A program made the position numbers and the translations under genes. From NCBI GenBank assembly GCA_964457495.1, contig CAYWGN010000003.1, forward strand, positions 1-62,845: a DNA stretch of 62,845 nucleotides, in the 5' to 3' direction. This document shows, one piece after another, positions 9,307-18,626 of this stretch. Position 1 is the stretch's first letter. Each line of letters begins with the position of its first letter. Source of the DNA: an uncultured Desulfobacula sp. Its GTDB lineage: Bacteria; Desulfobacterota; Desulfobacteria; Desulfobacterales; Desulfobacteraceae. The notes under the pieces are model-generated. The model saw only the letters and a program-made list of their open reading frames with translations. It was not told the DNA's origin and did no database searches.

Positions 9307-10173
9307 TTATTCATTGCTCAATGCTTTAAATATCTGGTTGATACCCATATACCGGTTATATGTATATACTATTATCATCAACAGAATCATCAAAATTGCA
9401 CTGATAGCCGAACCAAAAGGCCAGTCAAGTGTGCCTATTATTCTTTTAAAAATCAGATTGGCGATCATTTCATCCCCGGGACCTCCAAGGATCATTGGCG
9501 GCAGATACGTGCCACAGGTTAAAACAAAAACAAGAAGGCATCCTGCACTCACGCCGGGAAGGCTCAATGGCAGGGTAACCTCTCTAAATGCCTGCCATTC
9601 CGTGCATCCAAGACTTTTTGCAGCCTCAGCTAGACTTTTATCAATGCCGTCAAGGCTGACGTAAATATTTAAAATCATAAATGGGAGCAGGTATTGTAAC
9701 AGTCCCATGATGACTGCGCCTTCGTTATAAAGCATGGCAAGAGGTTCCTGTATGAGGCCAATCTTTATTAATACATGGTTTATCAGTCCTGAATCCCCGA
9801 GAATATTAATCCAGCTCAATGTACGGATAATAAAACTTATCCAGAAAGGCAGCAACACTAAAATCATTAGAAATGGTTTGAGCCGTGATTTTGTTTTGTA
9901 AAAAAAATAAGCCGGTATATATCCCATGACAAGACATATAAAAACTGTTTCAAGGGCAATTCTGAGGGTTTTCAATAAAATTGAAGGATAAAAAAAATCT
10001 TCAAAAAATTTAGCGTAATTGCCAAACTGAAAGGCGGGGATATCCTGACCACTTGGTGCCCTTAGCCAGAAACTATAAACAAGCACAAAACATATCGGAA
10101 TAACAAGTAGAAAAAATACAGCGGACAAAGATGGTGATAAAAGTAACCAGGGTTTCCATAATTTTTCTTTCAT
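9307..10173 (-). CDS. ABC permease (PotB-like)
   Basis: LPFWISFIIRT, EAAKSLG and LPLSLPG motifs. Confidence 0.9.
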   Translation of the reverse strand: MKEKLWKPWLLLSPSLSAVFFLLVIPICFVLVYSFWLRAPSGQDIPAFQFGNYAKFFEDFFYPSILLKTLRIALETVFICLVMGYIPAYFFYKTKSRLKPFLMILVLLPFWISFIIRTLSWINILGDSGLINHVLIKIGLIQEPLAMLYNEGAVIMGLLQYLLPFMILNIYVSLDGIDKSLAEAAKSLGCTEWQAFREVTLPLSLPGVSAGCLLVFVLTCGTYLPPMILGGPGDEMIANLIFKRIIGTLDWPFGSAISAILMILLMIIVYTYNRYMGINQIFKALSNE

Positions 10174-10247
10174 AAATCAAAGTCCTGTTTCTTGAATCAG
10201 TTTTAATTTTTTGAAAAAACAACAAATATATGCCAATACTATAACAA

Positions 10248-10263
10248 AGCAAATTCCATACCA
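10248..10263 (-). promoter_or_regulatory. sigma-54 -24/-12 promoter of the pot-kamA operon
   Basis: Minus strand TGGTATGGAATTTGCT = GG-N10-GC. Confidence 0.8.
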
Positions 10264-10348
10264 TAGTTCTGGAATAATTATTTAAGTATTTGAAAACAAT
10301 TGATAATTTTAATTATATATTATTTTAGTCCTGATATATATAATTTTT

Positions 10349-10426
10349 TGATTCATTGTCGAATCGCATCTAATCATTTAACTATTTGAAATGACTCAAC
10401 ATTTATTATGACTCAAAAATGAATCA
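10349..10426. promoter_or_regulatory. Paired bEBP upstream activating sites TGATTCA-N4-TGAATCA
   Basis: TGATTCATTGTCGAATCG (10349-10366) and TGACTCAAAAATGAATCA (10409-10426). Confidence 0.7.
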
Positions 10427-10719
10427 TAAGACAACCCGCCAAACTGGCTGTATATAGAGGGTTAAAAAGATATTGATTTAAAATTGAATCGATATTACTT
10501 ATTTTATAATATTGATGCCATGCTTTTTTCAATGAGCTTTGAAATTGTTGGTGAACCATGCTCAAAATCTGTCATAAATCAGTATTGTCTTGACACAAAA
10601 CAAGTTCCTACCTTAGAACATATTCAGGATTATGAATTTGTGCGGAATCAGAAAATTGCTATATAGATAATCATGGGGTTTATTTAGTAAGGGCTATAAA
10701 TTAGCGAGGTTAAACATAG

Positions 10720-11886
10720 ATGAAGATTGAAAACCTGGATGAATTAATTCAGTTTAGAAGGGATTTACACCAAAACCCTGAGCTTTCCGGAAAAGAGTAT
10801 AAAACTCAAAAAAAAATATTGAACTTTATTTCTAAATTCTCCCCTGATAAAATAATCAAAAATTTAGGCGGAACCGGTTTAGCTGCAGTTTATAATGGTA
10901 TTAATTCCGGGCCTACTATAGTATTTAGAGCCGATATTGATGCCTTGCCTATTCATGAAGAAAATAATTTTGAATATGCTTCTAAAACTCCAAATGTCAG
11001 CCATAAATGTGGTCATGATGGTCATACTACTATGGTTGCCGGTTTAGGGAATATATTACAAAAAAACAAACCGAAAACAGGCCGGGTGGTCTTACTCTTT
11101 CAACCTGCGGAAGAGACAGTGAAGGGTGCAAAAAAGGTTGTTAACGATCCAAAATATAGCCAAATCACTCCTGATTATTTATTTGCAATTCATAACTTTT
11201 ACTCTGAAGAAGAAAATCAAATTTTACTTCGTTCAGGTCAAATGACTCCTGCTGTCACAACTGCTCTTATTAATTTGGAAGGTATTGGTGTCCATTCTTC
11301 TCGACCGGAAACCGGCATAAGTCCCTACAATGCTGCAACAAAAATCATATCAAAAATATATGAGTTACAAAGACCGGATAACATTGACTTTGATGATTTT
11401 TCCATGGCCACGCTTGTACACTTTGTTTTGGGAAAAGAAGCCGGCTATGGTACTGCACCTGGCGATGCACATATTGCTATAACTTTACGGGCATATAAGG
11501 ATGAGGTACTAAATGATTTAACAGGTCAAATTGAAAAATATATCAATACGGTTGCAAAAGAAGAGAATCTGAAAAAATGGAGGATTTTTTATACTGATGA
11601 TGCTATTGCCTGTATTAATGATGAATATTGTTGTCAGGTTGTTAAAAACGCTGCAAACCAAAATAATATTAATATTAAACATATGGATACCTCTCTTAGA
11701 GGTGGAGAGGATGTTGGCTATTTAATTAATACCTGCAAAAAAGGGGGGGCATTCTTTTTGTTAGGTTTTGGGCCGGACCATACTGATTTACATCTTTCAA
11801 ACTATGATTTCCCTGAAAAATTAATCGAACCGGGAATTAATATGTATAATTCGATCATAAACGAAATATTAAATAAGCAGGTGTAA
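10720..11886 (+). CDS. M20D amidohydrolase
   Basis: RRDLHQNPELS, RADIDALP, HKCGHDGH, FQPAEE and GED motifs. Confidence 0.9.
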   Translation: MKIENLDELIQFRRDLHQNPELSGKEYKTQKKILNFISKFSPDKIIKNLGGTGLAAVYNGINSGPTIVFRADIDALPIHEENNFEYASKTPNVSHKCGHDGHTTMVAGLGNILQKNKPKTGRVVLLFQPAEETVKGAKKVVNDPKYSQITPDYLFAIHNFYSEEENQILLRSGQMTPAVTTALINLEGIGVHSSRPETGISPYNAATKIISKIYELQRPDNIDFDDFSMATLVHFVLGKEAGYGTAPGDAHIAITLRAYKDEVLNDLTGQIEKYINTVAKEENLKKWRIFYTDDAIACINDEYCCQVVKNAANQNNINIKHMDTSLRGGEDVGYLINTCKKGGAFFLLGFGPDHTDLHLSNYDFPEKLIEPGINMYNSIINEILNKQV

Positions 11887-11925
11887 TTATTCGGGCAGAA
11901 AACAGACAAATAAAGGAATAGGATT

Positions 11926-12768
11926 ATGCCTTACGATAAAATAGAAAATTTTAAAGGAAGTATTATTCAGCACGGGCACCATAATGATCGTGTGTATTTG
12001 ATGCAATCAAATAAATTGCCATCGGCCAAGTTCCCTTATGAACTTGTTGATTTGGCTTATACAAACAAATATTCAAAAATATTTATAAAAATACCGGCAA
12101 ATGCAGCAACTCTGTTTTTTAATGCCGGGTTTTTGGCAGAAGCCATCATTCCAGGTTTTTTTTCAGGAAAAGAAACTGCAGTATTCATGGGATTTTATCT
12201 AAACGATGAACGCAGCAGGGAAACCTGTATTGATAAAATAGAGAATACTTTGAAAACGGCTTTAGCAAAAAAGACAGAAGCTAAAGCATCTTGTTTGGAG
12301 AATCGATTCATTTTACGCAAGTGTAATAAAACAGATGTATCGGTTATGGCAAAAATATACAGAGAAGTTTTCCCTTCTTATCCATTTCCAATTCACAACC
12401 CTGACTATCTTTTAAAAACAATGCTAAGTAATATCAATTATTTTTGCATTGAAAAAGATGGTGAATTGGCGGCAATTTCATCTGCAGAAGTGAATGAAGA
12501 GGATGCTAATGTTGAAATGACCGATTTTGCAACACTTCCTGGGTGGCGGGGAAATGATTTTGGTCAATATCTTCTTGCCGGAATGGAAAATGATATAAAG
12601 AAAAAAAATATTAAAACTGCCTACACAATTGCCCGAGCCCTGTCGCCTGGAATGAATATCACATTTAGTAAAGCAGGATATCAATTTGGTGGCAGGTTGA
12701 AAAATAATACAAATATCTCTGGAAAAATTGAGAGTATGAATGTTTGGTATAAACCAATAATTGGTTAA
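11926..12768 (+). CDS. ablB: putative beta-lysine N-acetyltransferase (AblB/YodP-type GNAT)
   Basis: QHGHHNDRVYLM, EMTDFATLP, YTIARALSPGMNITF and NNTNISGKIESMNVWYK, typical of this family. Confidence 0.8.
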   Translation: MPYDKIENFKGSIIQHGHHNDRVYLMQSNKLPSAKFPYELVDLAYTNKYSKIFIKIPANAATLFFNAGFLAEAIIPGFFSGKETAVFMGFYLNDERSRETCIDKIENTLKTALAKKTEAKASCLENRFILRKCNKTDVSVMAKIYREVFPSYPFPIHNPDYLLKTMLSNINYFCIEKDGELAAISSAEVNEEDANVEMTDFATLPGWRGNDFGQYLLAGMENDIKKKNIKTAYTIARALSPGMNITFSKAGYQFGGRLKNNTNISGKIESMNVWYKPIIG

Positions 12769-12778
12769 CACATATGAG

Positions 12779-12978
12779 TCACTTCCTTAAAATTACTTTT
12801 TTGTAATACTCACACCATACTTTTTTAATTTTCTTACAATAGAAGGCTGGCTGATCCCTAAAAAAGCTGCGGCCTGCCCTGTGCTTATGAATAAATTTTG
12901 CCGATAACCCCTTGCCTGTACCGGATTCCCCTATTGATAAAATATCTATGGATACAGCAATGCTGACAGGGCCCTTAA
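12779..12978 (-). pseudogene. Internally deleted sigma-54 activator (bEBP) remnant
   Basis: Minus strand gives [20 protein letters not shown] joined out of frame to [20 protein letters not shown]; both match the intact bEBP at 20764. Confidence 0.85.
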
Positions 12979-12992
12979 GAACCTTATTTATC

Positions 12993-14591
12993 TCAATGAC
13001 CTGACCTAAGAAGTACCTTCCCGGAAAGAGTTCCGGTATGCGTATTCCTTTCGATAGTTAGTTGACCATTGACAAAAACATAGTTGATACCATCGGGGTA
13101 TAAATCCGGTTTTTGCAAAGTTGCTCTATCCGTTATCGTGTCTGGATCGAATATAACCAGATCTGCTGCTAATCCTTTTTTTATAACACCGCGGTCAACA
13201 AGACCCAATCGAGCGGCAGAAGCTGCCGTGACTTTATGTATGGCCTCTTCCAATGTTAAAAGCTTACGTTCACGCACATGATATCTAAATAGGTATGCTA
13301 TCCAAGAATAAGCATGATGATATTCTGTCTTTGATAAAGGTCCGTAAGGTGCGAGTGCCTGCCCATCACAGCACACTGAAGCCAGTCTATGTTTCAATAC
13401 CATATCCCGGTCTTCCGGTTTATAGATTTCACCCTCCCACATAAGATTGGGAAACTCGATTCCTTCGTCAAGGAGAAGATCAAAAAGAACATCATAGGGA
13501 TCCTTATTTTGTTCCTGAGCAATTTCTTCAAACGTTTTTCCTACCAAATGAGAATTTTTTGAAGATACTGCCAGGCGGACATTGCCCCACATATTAAGTT
13601 TTATGACGCGCCATATTGGATATTCATATGCTTTCATTTCTTTGCGACACTCCGGATCAGCAAGGCGACGGAGAGTTTCCTGCGGACCTCCTTCAAATGC
13701 CCACGGGGGTAAGGATGCCAGTGGTGTTGTCTGCCCCCCAAGGTAGGCACCAACATCAAAAGCAATGTCCAAACCAGAACGGCGTACGTCTTCGATGGCT
13801 TCCAGCACTTTAGACATGATACCTTCCGGGGCTCCGATTTTAGCCACATTGTGAGATATTTGAACAGTGGCGCCGGTACTTTGTCCGATTTCAATGGCTT
13901 CGTTGACCGCTTCCAAATATTTCAAATCACGATTGCGGATATGCGTCGCATACAGTCCGCCATATTCAGCCACGGGTTTGACCAGGTCAATTAATTCACG
14001 GGTATCAGCGGCGCTTCCTGTAGGATACTCAAGACCTGTCGAAAAACCAGCTGCACCTTCAACCATGGCTTGTCTGATTAACGAAACCATTTGCATAATT
14101 TCATTTGGGGTGGCTGGCTCCATACTATATCCTTTGACAGCCGCGCGGATAGTATTGTGCCCGACCAGAGGAACAACATTGACAGCGATTCCCGGATCCG
14201 CATATACAGCCTTGAGCTGGGATAAACCAGACCAACCAATATCATAATCCGGCAGAAAGGCGGTGAAATGTTTTTTGATGCGATCATAATTTTTAGAATT
14301 TATCGGAAATAGGCTGTCACCGCAATTACCAGTACATTCCGTTGTCACACCTTGATGAACTGAACTCTCGGCCAAACGGTTAATGAGAAGTGAAGCATCA
14401 GAATGACCGTGAACCTCTATAAAACCGGGGCACAATACCAATCCTTTTGCATCAATTACACGGCACGCCTTCTTGTGCTGAAGGTTGCCCAGGGCTGCTA
14501 TTTTGCTTCCTTCAATGGCCAGATCACCTTTAAACCAAGGAGCCATAGTACCATCTACAATTCGTGCATTTTGGATAAGTGTATCAAACAT
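12993..14591 (-). CDS. N-acyl-D-amino-acid deacylase (D-aminoacylase family)
   Basis: PGFIEVHGHSD, GVTTECTGNCG, GFSTGLEY, THIR, ISH and ADLVIFDP motifs. Confidence 0.9.
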   Translation of the reverse strand: MFDTLIQNARIVDGTMAPWFKGDLAIEGSKIAALGNLQHKKACRVIDAKGLVLCPGFIEVHGHSDASLLINRLAESSVHQGVTTECTGNCGDSLFPINSKNYDRIKKHFTAFLPDYDIGWSGLSQLKAVYADPGIAVNVVPLVGHNTIRAAVKGYSMEPATPNEIMQMVSLIRQAMVEGAAGFSTGLEYPTGSAADTRELIDLVKPVAEYGGLYATHIRNRDLKYLEAVNEAIEIGQSTGATVQISHNVAKIGAPEGIMSKVLEAIEDVRRSGLDIAFDVGAYLGGQTTPLASLPPWAFEGGPQETLRRLADPECRKEMKAYEYPIWRVIKLNMWGNVRLAVSSKNSHLVGKTFEEIAQEQNKDPYDVLFDLLLDEGIEFPNLMWEGEIYKPEDRDMVLKHRLASVCCDGQALAPYGPLSKTEYHHAYSWIAYLFRYHVRERKLLTLEEAIHKVTAASAARLGLVDRGVIKKGLAADLVIFDPDTITDRATLQKPDLYPDGINYVFVNGQLTIERNTHTGTLSGKVLLRSGH

Positions 14592-14697
14592 TTACCTTTC
14601 CTTTTTTCTATATATTGTTGGAGAATTCCAGTTGTTTTGTCCTAATCTTGTCTAATTTTAAAGAAAATCTCGATATTTTTAAAACGACCGAAAAATA

Positions 14698-15708
14698 CTA
14701 ATTATTTGTATGCTCCACCCTGGGCTGGACATTATGACAGTGAACAAACCGATTGGGTACTATCTCTTTTGTTTCCGGCTCTTGAACACGACAGAGGTCT
14801 GTGGATTGAGGACAACGAGGATGAAAACGGCAGCCCTTAGGGATGTCAGAAGGATGCGGTATTTCACCCGTTAATACGGTTTTTTTCTTCCCGGCATTTT
14901 CCAGGGTCGGGACAACTTTGATCAAGGCCTGGCTATAAGGGTGCAAGGGCCGATCTAATACGGATAAGGCCGGTCCGATTTCAAGAATTTTTCCCAGGTA
15001 CATGATGGCAATCCGGTCTGCAATGTAGCGGGTTAAAGCCAAATCATGGGTTACCATCAAATAGGTCAGGCTACGTTTTTTTCTTAAATCAGCTAACAGA
15101 TTCAGTATTTCCACTTTCAACGACGCATCAAGCATTGAAACCGGTTCATCTGCAATAATCAAAACCGGTTCAAGGACCAGAGTCCCAGCGATTAGAACCC
15201 TTTGCCTCTGACCGCCGGACAATTCATGTGGAAACCTTTTTTCAAAGTCTTCCGGGGGCGTTAATCCAACATCCCTTAAGGCTTGAAATACAATTTCACG
15301 CCGATCATTTACACTGAGATTTTTTCTGTGAATTGAAAGTGGTTCGGAAACAATTTTGAAAATTGTTTCCCGTGGATTCATGGCATCAAAAGGATCCTGA
15401 AAAATCATCTGTATCTTGGTGCGTAAATCAATGCGCCCGGCCCGACTGCCTGCAAGTATATTTCGATCTTCAAAGCTGATTTCTCCTCGAGCCTCACGCA
15501 TCAGCGCCATGAATGCTCTTGCAGCCGTTGTTTTTCCGGATCCACTTTCTCCAACAATAGCCAGGGTCTCCCCCTCAAAAAGGTCGAATGACAACCCGTC
15601 AACGGCCTTGATAAATTTTTGGGGGCGATTCCGTTGAAAAAGGGTAAATCCTTTGCGAGCTGAAAACCACACATTCAAATCATTAACATGGAAAAGAGAT
15701 TTCTTCAT
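14698..15708 (-). CDS. oligopeptide ABC ATP-binding protein (OppF/DppF-like)
   Basis: GESGSGKT, LSGGQRQR and C-terminal GCRFHPRC. Confidence 0.92.
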   Translation of the reverse strand: MKKSLFHVNDLNVWFSARKGFTLFQRNRPQKFIKAVDGLSFDLFEGETLAIVGESGSGKTTAARAFMALMREARGEISFEDRNILAGSRAGRIDLRTKIQMIFQDPFDAMNPRETIFKIVSEPLSIHRKNLSVNDRREIVFQALRDVGLTPPEDFEKRFPHELSGGQRQRVLIAGTLVLEPVLIIADEPVSMLDASLKVEILNLLADLRKKRSLTYLMVTHDLALTRYIADRIAIMYLGKILEIGPALSVLDRPLHPYSQALIKVVPTLENAGKKKTVLTGEIPHPSDIPKGCRFHPRCPQSTDLCRVQEPETKEIVPNRFVHCHNVQPRVEHTNN

Positions 15709-15717
15709 AAAGACAGC

Positions 15718-16692
15718 CTATATAGATAATCGATCAATTTTAAAACATGCCGCACTATGGCCTGGAGCTATTTCAACAGATGGGGGAACTTCAAGGGAAC
15801 ACCCCTTATCCCCATAGGGACACCGAGGCAGAAAGGAACATCCTGCAGATATTTCTTTCAAGCGTGGCGGCACGCCTGGAATTGGTAAGAGCTGTGCTGT
15901 ACCTTGTTCCATGCTCGGCAATGCCTTTATAAGCATTTGAACGTAAGGGTGGGCCGGATTTAAAAAAACATCGCTTACCGGCCCTGATTCCACAATCCGA
16001 CCGGCATACATCATTGCCACCCGGTCGCAGACATCAGATATCAAAGATAGATCATGATTGATAAAAATCATTGAAAGATTGAATTTTTTGTTAAGGTCCT
16101 TCATCAGATTCATTATTTGGGCTTGAATCATAACATCAAGGGCAGTGGTGCATTCGTCGGCAATAATAAGGGACGGATTTAAACAGATGGCCATGGCGAT
16201 CATCACTCTCTGGCGCATACCTCCTGAGAATTCGTGGGGATAGTCTCTTGCACGCTCCGGTTGAATTCCAATCAGTGTAAATAATTCCTCGACCCTTTCC
16301 CATGCCAATTTATTATTCATCCCTTCACGAACGGTAAGCACTTCTAAAATCTGCTGCCCCACCTTTTTAACCGGATTCAATGAATTCAGGCTTGCTTGAA
16401 AAATCATTGCCATCTCTTTCCACCATAATTCGCGGAGTTCCGCTTGATTCAGCGATAAAATATCTCGACCCTGAAACCATACCGTTCCCTCTCGAATCCT
16501 TGCATTGTCCTGCAACATTCTCATTATGGCCATGGCAGCCGTTGATTTTCCACACCCTGATTCTCCTGCCAACCCAAAGGTTTCGCCCTTTTTCAGGTCA
16601 AATGAAATTTGATGAACAGCCGTATAGTAATTTTTGCCCAGTTGAAACTCGACACTTAAATCTTTTACGTAAAAATAGGGATCATCTCTCAT
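15718..16692 (-). CDS. oligopeptide ABC ATP-binding protein (OppD/DppD-like)
   Basis: [16 protein letters not shown] and HPY motifs. Confidence 0.92.
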   Translation of the reverse strand: MRDDPYFYVKDLSVEFQLGKNYYTAVHQISFDLKKGETFGLAGESGCGKSTAAMAIMRMLQDNARIREGTVWFQGRDILSLNQAELRELWWKEMAMIFQASLNSLNPVKKVGQQILEVLTVREGMNNKLAWERVEELFTLIGIQPERARDYPHEFSGGMRQRVMIAMAICLNPSLIIADECTTALDVMIQAQIMNLMKDLNKKFNLSMIFINHDLSLISDVCDRVAMMYAGRIVESGPVSDVFLNPAHPYVQMLIKALPSMEQGTAQLLPIPGVPPRLKEISAGCSFLPRCPYGDKGCSLEVPPSVEIAPGHSAACFKIDRLSI

Positions 16693-17543
16693 TGTCTACG
16701 CCTTAACCTCGGATTAAGCACTTCGTCAAAAGCATAACCACACATAGTAAACGACAACACTGCCAGAATAATCATAACTCCGGGCGGGACCAAGTACCAG
16801 TAGGCTTCAAATGTCATGGCAAGGCTAACAAAGGCATAATGCAAAATCATTCCCCAGCTTATGTGAGTCGGATCTCCCAGGCCTAAAAAACTGATAGTAG
16901 ACTCCAGATAAATTGACGTGGCTACCACTAAAACAGTGTTAGCAAATACCAAGGGCATGACATTTGGAAGAATATGTCGCCGCACAATATGAAAATGGCT
17001 GGCTCCGAGCGAACGGGCCCTATCGACAAATTGTCGTTTTTTAAGGCTCATGGTCTGGACGCGAATAATGCGAGCCGTACCTGCCCAGATTAGAACACCT
17101 ATAACCAGAATTGTGTTGAAAAGGCTTGGGCCCAAAACTGCCACCGTTATTAAAACAAGTGGAAGCCTGGGAATGACAATAAACAAATCCGTTATGCGCA
17201 TCAACACATCATCCAGCCATCCTCCAAAATAACCGGAAAGCAATCCTACTATCGTACCAATAAAAATGGAAATAAAGGCACAGGAAAATCCAATCAATAG
17301 AGAAATCCGGGCGCCATAGATAATAAGTGAAAATAAATCCCGTCCAATTTCATCTGTTCCAAGCCAATGTCTGGCATCCGGGCCTTGCATTATTTCTCCC
17401 AAATCCGTCAAATCATATGGATCATACGGTGCCAGAAAGGGTGCGAACACGGCTATGCCGATTAATGCCAGCAGCATTACCATTCCGACCATTCCCATTT
17501 TATTAATTTGCTTTATAGTTGAAAAAGCACCTTCTATAATCAT
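16689..17543 (-). CDS. oligopeptide ABC permease (OppC-like)
   Basis: HWLGTDEIGRD, ARSLGAS and SFLGLG; ATG 17543 has an AAGGA RBS. Confidence 0.9.
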   Translation of the reverse strand: MIIEGAFSTIKQINKMGMVGMVMLLALIGIAVFAPFLAPYDPYDLTDLGEIMQGPDARHWLGTDEIGRDLFSLIIYGARISLLIGFSCAFISIFIGTIVGLLSGYFGGWLDDVLMRITDLFIVIPRLPLVLITVAVLGPSLFNTILVIGVLIWAGTARIIRVQTMSLKKRQFVDRARSLGASHFHIVRRHILPNVMPLVFANTVLVVATSIYLESTISFLGLGDPTHISWGMILHYAFVSLAMTFEAYWYLVPPGVMIILAVLSFTMCGYAFDEVLNPRLRRRQ

Positions 17544-17553
17544 TGAATATCCT

Positions 17554-18516
17554 TTACAATTCAAGCCGTGGATCAATTTGTTTATATAGCAAATCAGCCA
17601 TCAGGTTTGCGATTAAGGCGCAGACGGATATAACCAGAAATGCCCCTTGCAAAACCGGATAATCTCTACTAATCAGGGCATCAAATACCAGACGTCCCAC
17701 CCCGGGCCATGTGAATACAGTTTCCGTCTGGATGGCACCGCCGATGAGAAGACCAAGATTCATGGCGGCCAGCGTCATAACGGGTAAAGCTGCATTTGGC
17801 AAAGCATGAGAAAACAATTGCCGGGTCCTTGAAAACCCTTTGGCCTTTGCAACAAGCATGTAGTCTTCCGTGAGTACATCAATTAAAGAGTTGCGCATGA
17901 TAATAGCGTATTGCCCCAGCATTACCAGACTCAAGGTTATCATGGGCATTGCCATATGCCTTCCAATATCCATGGCTCTGGCCCACCAGGAATCAAAGCT
18001 GGCTCCAGCCGTCTCCATACCTGCCAGGGGCAACAGATTCCCCGCAAATAGCATAAAAAGCAACCCCAGCCAAAACACGGGGGTCGCCCACAGCAATTGT
18101 GATAAGGACAGACAAATAAAGTCTGCTGTCCTTCCGTTTTTTAGAGCGGCAATAATTCCTAAACTGCAACCCATTAAAATTGATAAAATTGTGGCAGGAA
18201 GCAGAAGTATTACGGTATTGACCAAGCGCTCGGCCAGTATCTCTGAAACCGGGGTATTGTAAACAAAACTGGTGCCCAACTCCCCTTTAGCGACATTGGC
18301 TAAATATAGACCGTATTGCTGTAGCAAAGAACCGTCGAGACCATACTGGGCTTTTAATTTATCTAAGGTTTCAATTGGTACCCGGGGATCGGAAAATAGT
18401 AAACGGATGGGATCACCTGGAAGCATGCGAAACAAAAAAAAATTCAATGTTAATATCATCCAGAGTGTAAGCAGGGAATATCCAATTCGTTTTACAAAAT
18501 AGTTTTTGCTTTTCAT
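17554..18516 (-). CDS. oligopeptide ABC permease (OppB-like)
   Basis: PGDP, AKAKG, ETVFTWPGVG and RDYPVLQG motifs. Confidence 0.92.
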   Translation of the reverse strand: MKSKNYFVKRIGYSLLTLWMILTLNFFLFRMLPGDPIRLLFSDPRVPIETLDKLKAQYGLDGSLLQQYGLYLANVAKGELGTSFVYNTPVSEILAERLVNTVILLLPATILSILMGCSLGIIAALKNGRTADFICLSLSQLLWATPVFWLGLLFMLFAGNLLPLAGMETAGASFDSWWARAMDIGRHMAMPMITLSLVMLGQYAIIMRNSLIDVLTEDYMLVAKAKGFSRTRQLFSHALPNAALPVMTLAAMNLGLLIGGAIQTETVFTWPGVGRLVFDALISRDYPVLQGAFLVISVCALIANLMADLLYKQIDPRLEL

Positions 18517-18588
18517 TGATATGGATGCCGCCTTTTTGAATCAAAAAAATTCTATGTAATTTGGCTTGATTAATTAGCCAGTATTGTA

Positions 18589-18616
18589 AAGGCATTTCCC
18601 AGACGGGAAATGCCCC
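18589..18616 (-). terminator. Stem-loop after oppA
   Basis: GGCATTTCCC-AGAC-GGGAAATGCC hairpin. Confidence 0.65.
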
Positions 18617-18626
18617 TGACAGTATT

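Noticed and set aside
10484-10666. 60-aa ORF in the promoter region
   Set aside because: TTG start, no RBS, no motif, AT-rich regulatory DNA.
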